64,000 nucleotides of DNA from an uncultured Clostridium sp. (GTDB taxonomy: Bacteria > Bacillota > Clostridia > TANB77 > CAG-508), in the NCBI GenBank assembly GCA_946565805.1, contig CAMNWO010000005.1:4062-68061 (forward strand). The letters are read 5' to 3'. Both the position numbers and the translations under genes were made by a program. Positions 37,928 to 46,355 of the stretch are shown here, in pieces. Position 1 is the first letter of the stretch. Each line of letters starts with the position of its first letter. Below the pieces are notes generated by a model. It worked only from the letters and a program-made list of their open reading frames with translations. It was not told the DNA's origin and searched no databases.

Positions 37928-38851
37928 TTAAAGAATCGCTTGATTTAATTCATCTTTCATTCTTAATGCTTCTGCTCTAGTTGCTTTTGCGTAATCTTCC
38001 TCTACAAATTGGTCTTTCCATCTATCTGATTTATAAGCACACATTAAACTTCTTGATGCATTTACAATACCACCTAATCCATTGTTATCAAATCCTAAAG
38101 CAATATCATTTGCTTTTCCACCTTGTGCACCATAGCCTGGTATTAAGAAATAGGTGTGTGGTGCTACTTTTCTAGTTTGTTCTAATTGTTCTGGATAAGT
38201 TGCCCCTACTACTGCTGCTACACTACTATATCCATTTTCTCCCCTTAATTCTTCTCCCCATTTTTCTACTAAATCAGTTACTTGTGCATATACTTCTTTT
38301 CCATTTTCTAGTTTTAAATCTTGTAATTCTCCAGAAGATGGATTTGATGTTTTTATCAAGACAAAAATTCCTTTGTCATATTTCTTACAATCTTCTATAA
38401 ATGGTTTTACACAGTCAGTTCCCATATAAGGATTTACTGTTACAAAATCCACATCATAAATAGCTTCTTCTTTTTCTCCAATTGGTGTTCTTCCTAAGAA
38501 AGCATTCGAATAGCCAGCTGCTGTTGAACCAATATCTCCTCTTTTGATATCTGCAATAACTACCATTCCTTTTTCTTTCGCATAACGACAAGTCTCTTTA
38601 AAAGCTTCCATTCCTGGTATTCCATACATTTCATAAAAAGCAATTTGTGGTTTAATAGCTGGAATGATATCACATGTGTTGTCAATTAATGCTTTATTGA
38701 ATTCTATGATTGCCTGTGCCACTCCTTCTAAATCTTGTGAATATTTATTCGTTACACATTTTGGTAACATTTCATATCTTGGGTCTAATCCGATTACAGT
38801 TGGATTGTTTGTTTCTTTTATTTTTTTAATTAATTGATCCATTGCATTCAT
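37928..38851 (-). CDS. pyrF: orotidine 5'-phosphate decarboxylase (type 2)
   Basis: DIKRGDIGSTA. The likely start is ATG 38851, with a GGAGAG SD and an ATGA overlap with the upstream stop. Confidence 0.88.
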   Translation of the reverse strand: MNAMDQLIKKIKETNNPTVIGLDPRYEMLPKCVTNKYSQDLEGVAQAIIEFNKALIDNTCDIIPAIKPQIAFYEMYGIPGMEAFKETCRYAKEKGMVVIADIKRGDIGSTAAGYSNAFLGRTPIGEKEEAIYDVDFVTVNPYMGTDCVKPFIEDCKKYDKGIFVLIKTSNPSSGELQDLKLENGKEVYAQVTDLVEKWGEELRGENGYSSVAAVVGATYPEQLEQTRKVAPHTYFLIPGYGAQGGKANDIALGFDNNGLGGIVNASRSLMCAYKSDRWKDQFVEEDYAKATRAEALRMKDELNQAIL

Positions 38852-39201
38852 ATATTTTCTCTCCATTCTTTTTCTTTAAATCCTACTAAAACCACTTTGT
38901 CATTTATAAATAATGGCCTTTTAATCAGCATTCCATTAGAGGCTAATAATTCTATTTTTTCTTGTTCAGTCATACTAGGCAGTTTTTCTTTTAAATTCAA
39001 TTCTTTATATTTTAATCCACTTGTGTTGAAGAACTTTTTGATGTCTAGTCCACTTTGCTGGATCCATTTTTTTAATTCTTCTTTGGCTGGCGTTTCTTCT
39101 ACAATATGTCGTTCCTCAAATGTTACCTGGTTTTCTTCTAACCATTTTTTTGCTTTTTGACAGGTAGAACATTTAGGATACCAAATTAATAAATTTTTCA
39201 T
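38848..39201 (-). CDS. ArsC/Spx/YffB-family thioredoxin-fold protein
   Basis: IWYPKCSTCQKAKKWLEEN; 117 aa; 4-nt overlaps with both pyrC and pyrF. Confidence 0.65.
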   Translation of the reverse strand: MKNLLIWYPKCSTCQKAKKWLEENQVTFEERHIVEETPAKEELKKWIQQSGLDIKKFFNTSGLKYKELNLKEKLPSMTEQEKIELLASNGMLIKRPLFINDKVVLVGFKEKEWRENI

Positions 39202-40469
39202 TTTTGATAAACCACCCTTCCTCCAACGATTGTATATTGTACTCTTCCTTTTAATTCTCTTCCAATAAAAGGTGTATTTTTTGCTTTCGATACTATCATT
39301 TCTTTGGTATAAGTATAAGTTTCATTTGGGTCAAAGATAGTAATGTCTGCTACTTTTCCTTCTTCTATGGTTCCTCTATCAATATGTAATAACTTAGCTG
39401 GGTTATAAGAAGTGACTCTTACTAAGTCTAAATAGGTTAATTCTTGTGTATCTATCAAATTCATAATTTCTGTTGATAGAGCTGTTTCAAATCCAATAAT
39501 TCCATTTGGTGCAGTTGCTAATCCTTTGTTTTTTTCGTCTTCAGCATGTGGAGCATGATCTGTAATAATCGCATCAATGGTTCCTTCTTTTAATCCTTCT
39601 ATAATAGCTTGCCTGTCTTTTTCTTCTCTTAATGGTGGATTCATTTTAGCGTTTACTCCTGATTTTAATACTTCGTCTACTGTGAAGGTAAAATAATGTG
39701 GACAGGTTTCACAAGTAATTTTTACCCCTCTTTTTTTGGCATCTCTTACCATGTTTTTGGTTGTTTTTGTACTAATATGACAAATGTGTGCCCTTACTTC
39801 ATTCGTTTCTGCTATGACAATTTCTCTTGCTGCCATAATTTCTTCTGCTTCTGGTAGTACTCCTTCTACCCCTAATTGTTCTGCTATTTCTCCATTATTG
39901 ATGGCTCCTGCTGCTACGGATTTTTCTTCACAGTGTGATGCTACAAATGTTCCTAGTTTATCGGCTTCTAAGATGGCTTCTCTCATCATTCTACTATTTA
40001 CAACTGGCATACCATCATCTGAAAATGCTATCGCTCCTGCTTGCTTTAATTCCTCAAAATCTACTAGTTCTTCTCCTTTTTCTCCTTTTGATACAGATGC
40101 ATATGGTAATACGTTACATAAGTTTACTCTTTTTGCTTCTTCTATGATTTTTTGCAAAACAATAGCGCTATCTGGTGTTGGTTTTGTATTTGGCATTGGA
40201 CAAATTGTAGTAAAACCACCACAAACGGCGCTTTTGCTACCTGTTTCGATTGTTTCTTTATGCTCAAATCCAGGTTCTCTTAAATGGCAGTGCATATCAA
40301 TCATTCCAGGCATCATATATAAATTTGTACAGTCGATTGTATTGTCTACTGTTTCTGTAATTTCATTGTCGATTTTTTTAATTTTATCATCTTCAATTAA
40401 AATGTCTTTTTTCTCAAATGTATTTGTTTTGTAGTCTATTAATGTTCCATTTTTTAATAATGTTTTCAT
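39198..40469 (-). CDS. pyrC: dihydroorotase
   Basis: DMHCHLREPG, TDHAPH; 423 aa. Confidence 0.93.
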   Translation of the reverse strand: MKTLLKNGTLIDYKTNTFEKKDILIEDDKIKKIDNEITETVDNTIDCTNLYMMPGMIDMHCHLREPGFEHKETIETGSKSAVCGGFTTICPMPNTKPTPDSAIVLQKIIEEAKRVNLCNVLPYASVSKGEKGEELVDFEELKQAGAIAFSDDGMPVVNSRMMREAILEADKLGTFVASHCEEKSVAAGAINNGEIAEQLGVEGVLPEAEEIMAAREIVIAETNEVRAHICHISTKTTKNMVRDAKKRGVKITCETCPHYFTFTVDEVLKSGVNAKMNPPLREEKDRQAIIEGLKEGTIDAIITDHAPHAEDEKNKGLATAPNGIIGFETALSTEIMNLIDTQELTYLDLVRVTSYNPAKLLHIDRGTIEEGKVADITIFDPNETYTYTKEMIVSKAKNTPFIGRELKGRVQYTIVGGRVVYQK

Positions 40470-40560
40470 TTTTTACCTCCCAAAATTCCATTTATATCAT
40501 CTTACCATTTTTAGATTTTTTTTGCAATAATTTTAAATAAAAAAGCACAGTTTGTCATAA

Positions 40561-40600
40561 AATAAAAACAGGTGTCTATCGTTTGATAAATCACCTGCTT
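40561..40600 (-). terminator. terminator after the 91-aa gene
   Basis: On the minus RNA, AGCAGGUG / CACCUGUU form an 8-bp stem followed by UUUAUUUU. Confidence 0.5.
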
Positions 40601-40607
40601 TCGCCTT

Positions 40608-40883
40608 TTAGAACATCATAATCATTTCTGTTAAGTACATAATCTGTTCATCTTGGCTTCTGTTCTCCAGCACAGCTGCCACATCTTCTTTAAACACTGG
40701 ATAGATTGGGTCGCAAAATCTGCTTGTAATGTCCTCTGTATGAAGACACCTTTCAAGCATTTGCTCGTAGGAAAGTCTTTCACAGACAACCATTTTTCGT
40801 ATCATCCTCAATACTGACAGCACATCTGTTGGAGAATTTGTCTCCTGTAATTTCTCCACTACCTTAATTAATTTTAACATCAT
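40608..40883 (-). CDS. 91-aa hypothetical protein
   Basis: ORF only; it looks richer in G+C than its neighbours by eye. Confidence 0.35.
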   Translation of the reverse strand: MMLKLIKVVEKLQETNSPTDVLSVLRMIRKMVVCERLSYEQMLERCLHTEDITSRFCDPIYPVFKEDVAAVLENRSQDEQIMYLTEMIMMF

Positions 40884-41015
40884 GTTATTGTCCTCCTATT
40901 GCTTCTTAATATAGTAGCTACTCCCTCCTGTAAAACTTTCAAGAGAGTATTACATTTGTTCTATACTATTATTTTAACACATTTTAGTGGATTTTTCAAT
41001 CATTTTAGCCTTTTC

Positions 41016-41044
41016 TTGACAAATTCTATTTTTTTCTTTACAAT
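41016..41044 (+). promoter_or_regulatory. candidate promoter of the PRTase-like gene
   Basis: TTGACA (41016-41021), 17-nt spacer, TACAAT (41039-41044). Confidence 0.55.
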
Positions 41045-41078
41045 AATCTTTAGAATTATATTTTTAGGAGGAACTATT

Positions 41079-41936
41079 ATGTCAGATATCATGTCATATT
41101 TATTCGAAACAAAAGCTGTAAAATTTTGTGAAGAAAACAAACCATTCTTTTTAACATCAGGGACGATTTCACCATACTTTGTAAATACTCATTTTCTTTA
41201 TGGAAATGAAAAAGAAGCAACTGAATTCCTATCTTATATTGATACCTTATTAGAAGATAGGGTTGCTCTACCAAAAAAAGTATTTGAAAAGGTATTATCT
41301 CAATATGAAAACAATACCATTTTTAAATACACCATTGATGCTATGATAAAATCTATTTCAGAAAATGTTAGTCTAGATGAAATTGATTATATTTCTGGTG
41401 GTGAGAGAAGAGATTGGTATTTTTCTAATATGATTGCTTATCTTTTAAAGAAACCACATCTTACTTTATTCAAAGATATGGAAGCATTTGTTAGTCCTTA
41501 TGACTTCTCTTCTACAGAAAAGATAACAGATATTAAAGGAAAAACGGTACTAAATGCTTCTGACTTAGTAACAGCTGCTTCTAATTATGTTCGTTCATGG
41601 ATTCCAGCGATTAAAAATTTAAATGGAAAATTACTATGGACTTGCTATGTTGTTGATAGAAAACAAGGTGGAACAGAAGTATTAGAAAAAGAAGGAATTA
41701 AAACCATTCCTCTAGCTTTAGTAGATAATACTCTTTTCGAAAGAGCTTTTGAATTAGGAATTATCAACAATGGGCAATTAGAAATGTTAAAGGGATTTTA
41801 TCATGAGCCATATGAAACGATGAGAAACTTCTTAATCCAACATCCAGAATTTATAGAAGAAGCCTTAAAGTCTGATAATGAAAGAACTCTAAAAAGAGTT
41901 AAACTTTTAACAGAAGGAAACTTATATAATTTGTGA
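41079..41936 (+). CDS. phosphoribosyltransferase-fold protein, orotate PRTase-like (long form)
   Basis: AGGAGG precedes ATG 41079. AVKFCEENKPFFLTSGTISPYFVN resembles the PyrE N-terminus; GGERRDW and VVDRKQGG are also present. 285 aa is longer than classical PyrE. Confidence 0.45.
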   Translation: MSDIMSYLFETKAVKFCEENKPFFLTSGTISPYFVNTHFLYGNEKEATEFLSYIDTLLEDRVALPKKVFEKVLSQYENNTIFKYTIDAMIKSISENVSLDEIDYISGGERRDWYFSNMIAYLLKKPHLTLFKDMEAFVSPYDFSSTEKITDIKGKTVLNASDLVTAASNYVRSWIPAIKNLNGKLLWTCYVVDRKQGGTEVLEKEGIKTIPLALVDNTLFERAFELGIINNGQLEMLKGFYHEPYETMRNFLIQHPEFIEEALKSDNERTLKRVKLLTEGNLYNL

Positions 41937-42040
41937 GACAGTGGGGACAGGTCTTAACTGTCTCATTTTCTAATAAAATATTTTCCTAAAAATAAATATA
42001 AAAAATGAGACAGTTAAGACCTGTCCCCACCGTCTCACAA
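41931..42040. repeat. GC-rich palindromic element, family A
   Basis: ttgtgagacagtggggacaggtcttaactgtctcatttt (41931-41969) and its reverse complement (42002-40, one mismatch). The left arm contains the PRTase stop; the right arm is read as the cysE 3' end. Confidence 0.85.
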
Positions 42041-42552
42041 TTTCATTGCATCTAACCACTGTAACATTGTTTGGTATATTTTTTAATACTGTTGTATTGG
42101 CACCAATTTTCACGTTATCTCCTACTTTAATAGGTCCTAGTACCTTTGCACCTGCTCCTACCATGACATTATTTCCAATGTCAGGATGTCTTTTATATTT
42201 ATCTTTTCCTGTTCCCCCTAATGTTGAATTATGATATATGGTACAGTCATTTCCTACAGTTGCTGTTTCTCCTATTACGATTCCCATACCATGGTCAATA
42301 AATAATCTTCTCCCGAATTTTAGCTCCTGGATGGATTTCAATTCCTGTAAAAAATCTTCCAATTTGGGAGATCAGTCTCGCTAAGAATAACCATTTATGA
42401 CGATATAAAAAATGAGCCATTCTATGAAATACCAAAATATGAAACCCTGGATACAAAATAATTACTTCTAATATATTCCTGCATGCAGGGTCTTTTTCTT
42501 TTATATTTTGGGCGTCTTCTTTTAATTCTTTTAAAAATAACATACCTATCAC
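41970..42552 (-). pseudogene. cysE: serine O-acetyltransferase interrupted by a 1-nt insertion, with its 3' end running into a repeat
   Basis: ORF 42295-42552 ends ...[13 protein letters not shown]; ORF 41970-42362 carries [18 protein letters not shown] and the hexapeptide repeats. The junction is att-c-ggg (extra C corresponds to g at 42315). Confidence 0.7.
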
Positions 42553-42580
42553 CTTATATATGATATGTATTTTATTCTAC

Positions 42581-42696
42581 TTTGCTACTTGCCACTGGTT
42601 CCAGGTTTGCCACTGGTTCCGGGTTTAAATGGCAACTTTATAAAGTTGCCATTTAAACCCGGAACCAGTGGCAAGTAGCAAGTAGCAAGTGGCAAG
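42581..42696. repeat. GC-rich palindromic element, family C
   Basis: Central perfect palindrome ttgccactggttccgggtttaaatggcaacttta | taaagttgccatttaaacccggaaccagtggcaa (42607-42674), plus duplicated outer segments. Confidence 0.85.
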
Positions 42697-43386
42697 TTAT
42701 TCTTCTTGTAATACTTCTTCAATGTTCTCAATGGAAGTAATGTTCCTTAATAACTCATTTTTCTTGAAACCTTTTTTGTTATACTGTCCAACAATATGAA
42801 TGTTTTCTACTTCATTCTCTTTTTCTTCTTTTCTTGGTCTTTTTATTTGTTTAATATCTACTTGATAATTACTTAAATATTCTTCTATTTGTATTAATGC
42901 TTCTTTTACATTTTTACTAATTTTTATGTCCAACTCTAATATATCAAAATGATCTAATTTGTCTGAAATCTTATAAGAATAAGACAAGATAATGTATACA
43001 ATTAAAGTTGTTACAATTCCTCCTAAGTAAAAGCCCGCTCCAATACTCAAACCAATACAAGTAACTGCTAGCAGTCCTGCTGCTGTTGTTAATCCTTTTA
43101 CATTAAATCCATCTCTTAAGATGGTTCCTGCACCAATAAATCCAATTCCAGATAACAATTGTGCTGGTATTCTAGAAGGGTCCATGTCATACAATTTTGA
43201 CATATATTCACCACATAACATGATTAATACAGCACTTATTCCTACTAATGCATGTGTTCTAAATCCTGCTGGTTTACTCCAAGAGGAACGTTCTAAACCT
43301 ATAATTCCAGCCAGCATAAATCCTAATATAAGTTTAACAATAGCTTGGAACCAAAATGAATTTGCTATTTCAAATAATATATTCAT
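42697..43386 (-). CDS. mgtC: MgtC/SapB-family membrane protein
   Basis: GLERSSWSKPAGFRTHALVG; 229 aa. Confidence 0.8.
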   Translation of the reverse strand: MNILFEIANSFWFQAIVKLILGFMLAGIIGLERSSWSKPAGFRTHALVGISAVLIMLCGEYMSKLYDMDPSRIPAQLLSGIGFIGAGTILRDGFNVKGLTTAAGLLAVTCIGLSIGAGFYLGGIVTTLIVYIILSYSYKISDKLDHFDILELDIKISKNVKEALIQIEEYLSNYQVDIKQIKRPRKEEKENEVENIHIVGQYNKKGFKKNELLRNITSIENIEEVLQEE

Positions 43387-43599
43387 TATTCTTCCTTCTC
43401 CTTTCTTTTATTTTGTATCGAATGTTTCAGTCATTTATTATAACACATCTTATTATAAAATAGCAAATTAAATATTTTTATTTTGCTTTCTTGTTTCGAC
43501 AAATTTTGCATTTCTTATTCGTTATAATATTTTTTAAGCTTTGTTTATAAAAAATTCATTTACTGTATTTGTAGCTATTCATAAAAGGGGGAATTTTCT

Positions 43600-43773
43600 A
43601 TGATTTCTAAATATTTATATAGCAAAGTAAAATGTGCTAGAACAACGTTTATCTCTTTATGGTTAAATCCAGAAGAAATTTGTTTTTTAGAAAAACATCA
43701 TGTTACATTTTATGAAAAAGATGGCTTTTATCAAGTAAATTGCGACCAATTAAAAGCTCTTTTTATTAACTAG
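43600..43773 (+). CDS. 57-aa hypothetical protein
   Basis: AAGGGGGA SD before ATG 43600; TAG at 43771-43773; a terminator follows. Not in the ORF track. Confidence 0.3.
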   Translation: MISKYLYSKVKCARTTFISLWLNPEEICFLEKHHVTFYEKDGFYQVNCDQLKALFIN

Positions 43774-43801
43774 TTAACTAACTTAAAATACAGCAAATGG
43801 A

Positions 43802-43832
43802 AAAAGCTCTATTCTATAAGAATAGAGCTTTT
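43802..43832. terminator. bidirectional terminator
   Basis: aaaagctctattc (43802-43814) / gaatagagctttt (43820-43832). Confidence 0.75.
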
Positions 43833-45787
43833 ACAATAACTTTTCTAATTCCTTAATTTTATCACGTAATTCAGCTGCCTTTTCAAATTCCATACTACCT
43901 GCATATTGTAGCATTTGATCTGTTAGTTCTGCAATCACATCCTGAATATTCTCATTTTTTTCTAATTTATATTCTACACTAATATCTTCAACCGTTGTCA
44001 TAGCAATGTTGTCACGTACTGATTTTTGAATAGTTTTTGGTATAATTCCATGTTTTTGATTATATTCTTCTTGAATTTTCCTTCTTCTATTGGTCTCTGA
44101 AATCGCTTTTTCCATGCTATCCGTTAATTCATCAGCATACATAATAACCGTTCCATCTGTATTTCTAGCAGCACGCCCTATTGTTTGTATTAATGATCTT
44201 TCAGAACGCAAAAATCCTTCTTTGTCTGCATCTAGTATAGCTACTAAGGATACCTCTGGTATATCTAAACCTTCTCTTAAAAGATTGATTCCTACTAGCA
44301 CATCAAATTCTCCGTAGCCTTAAGTTACGAATAATCTCCATTCTTTCTAAGGCTTTTGTATCTGAGTGCATATAATTTACTTTTATTTCTAAACTTTTTA
44401 GATATTCCGTTAAGTCTTCTGCCATTTTTTTTGTTAACGTTGTTACCAAAACTCTTTCTTTTCTTTCCACTCGAATTCGTATTTGTTCAATCAAATCATC
44501 AATTTGGTTTGTAACTGGTTTAACTTGTATTTTAGGATCTAGTAATCCAGTTGGCCTTATGATTTGTTCTACCACATTGTCTTTACTATGTTCTTTCTCA
44601 TAGTCTGCTGGTGTCGCACTAACAAATACAACTTGGTTTAAGCGTTGTTCAAATTCTTCAAATTTTAGTGGTCTATTATCAAAAGCAGATGGTAGACGGA
44701 AACCATAATTAACAAGCGATTCTTTTCTTGCTCTATCTCCATTATACATTGCCCTTACTTGTGGAATGGTTGCATGAGACTCGTCCACTAATAATAGAAA
44801 GTCATCTGGAAAATAGTCAAATAATGTATAAGGTGGACTTCCTTCTTCTCTTCCACTAATGTGTCTAGAATAGTTTTCAATCCCAGAACAAAATCCTGTT
44901 TCTCTCATCATTTCCATATCAAAATTGGTTCTTTCTTCAATTCTTTGGGCTTCGATTAATTTGTTTTGCGATTTGAAATATTTGACTCTTTCTTCCATCT
45001 CTCTTTCAATGGTTCCAATCGCTCTTTCCATTTTGTCTTTGGTTGTTACATAGTGAGAAGCAGGCGAAATTAAAATATGCTTTCTATTTCCAATCGATTT
45101 TCCTGTTAATGGATTAATTTCTGTTATTTTTTCAATCTCATCTCCCCAAAACTCTACTCGAACTGCTGATTCTGATTGGTCAGATGGATAAATTTCTACT
45201 ATGTCACCTTTGGCTCGAAAGGTTCCTCTTTTGAAATCGATTTCATTTCTGGTATATTGCATGGTTATTAGTTTTTTCAAAACTTGGTCTCTGGATTTGT
45301 TCATTCCAACTCGCAAGGATAACATCATTTCTTGGTAGTCAACTGGGTCTCCTAATCCATAGATACAAGATACAGAGGCTACTATGATAACGTCCTTTGT
45401 TTCAAACAAAGACAAGGTAGCGGAATGACGTAGCTTGTCTATTTCATCATTAATAGATGAGTCTTTCTCAATAAAGGTATCGGTTGATGGAATATAACTT
45501 TCTGGTTGGTAATAATCGTAATAAGAAACAAAGTATTCCACATTGTTTTCTGGAAAGAACTCTTTGAATTCGCTATATAGTTGTCCTGCTAGTGTCTTAT
45601 TGTGTGCTAAGACTAAGGTTGGCTTTTGTACTTTTTCTATGATATTTGCCATGGTAAAAGTTTTACCAGAACCTGTAACTCCAAGTAAAGTCTGGAATTT
45701 CTTTCCTTCTTGTATTCCTTTGCTTAAGTATTCAATTGCTTGTGGTTGGTCGCCTGTTGGCTTGTATTCTGAATGTAATTTGAACAT
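43831..45787 (-). pseudogene. uvrB: excinuclease ABC subunit B, reading frame broken by a 1-nt insertion
   Basis: [20 protein letters not shown] and the C-terminal UVR motif [18 protein letters not shown] 44303-45787 ends ...RNLRL-RRI*; the +1 frame continues [15 protein letters not shown]. The junction is cta-c-gga (extra C corresponds to g at 44314). Confidence 0.85.
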
Positions 45788-45812
45788 ATTTTTCTCCTCG
45801 CAATCTCTATTC

Positions 45813-46343
45813 TTAGTTATTTTTAAATAATTTATTATATAAGTATTCTGGAACTGATTTTTCTAATCTTTCTTTAACATCAAATAATTGAATAGCGTTT
45901 TCTATTTTTTCTTGACTTTCAGAACCAATTTCTATGCTAGTACCTATATTTTTAATTTCTTCAATCCATACTCTTAAATCGTTATTAGAATACTCTAGTC
46001 CATTTTTTTCAAGCTTAAATTTATATTCATACTCCTTATTAAAATTTGCATTTATGAAATTAATTGCTTCTTTTTCTGTATTGAATTCTTTTTTTAACAA
46101 TACCTTATCTTCTTTATACCCATTTGCCATAGGAGCAGTTTTTCTTATTATTAAAACATCTTTTGTTTTCCATTCATTTTTTTGATAAACTCTAATCTTT
46201 AAAGTATCTTCTGTTATGCTAGTTTCATTTTTATTTTGATATATTAAATCATAAAATGCAAATTCGGATTTTTTTATTAAATTTAATTTTTCTATTACTG
46301 TATTAATGTTTTCCTTATTTACTATAATTCTCGAATATAGCAT
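45813..46343 (-). CDS. CYTH-like (class IV adenylate cyclase/triphosphatase fold) protein, degenerate N-terminal motif
   Basis: LKIRVY and the C-terminal [32 protein letters not shown] resemble CyaB-type proteins. The ExExK position reads IIVNK. Confidence 0.35.
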   Translation of the reverse strand: MLYSRIIVNKENINTVIEKLNLIKKSEFAFYDLIYQNKNETSITEDTLKIRVYQKNEWKTKDVLIIRKTAPMANGYKEDKVLLKKEFNTEKEAINFINANFNKEYEYKFKLEKNGLEYSNNDLRVWIEEIKNIGTSIEIGSESQEKIENAIQLFDVKERLEKSVPEYLYNKLFKNN

Positions 46344-46355
46344 ATATAAAACCTC

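Noticed and set aside
40899-41078. N-terminal 60-aa extension of the PRTase-like ORF in the track.
   Set aside because: The extension contains the promoter-like TTGACA, 17 nt, TACAAT (41016-41044) and an AGGAGG SD that serves ATG 41079. It starts with a non-ATG codon and encodes hydrophobic junk.
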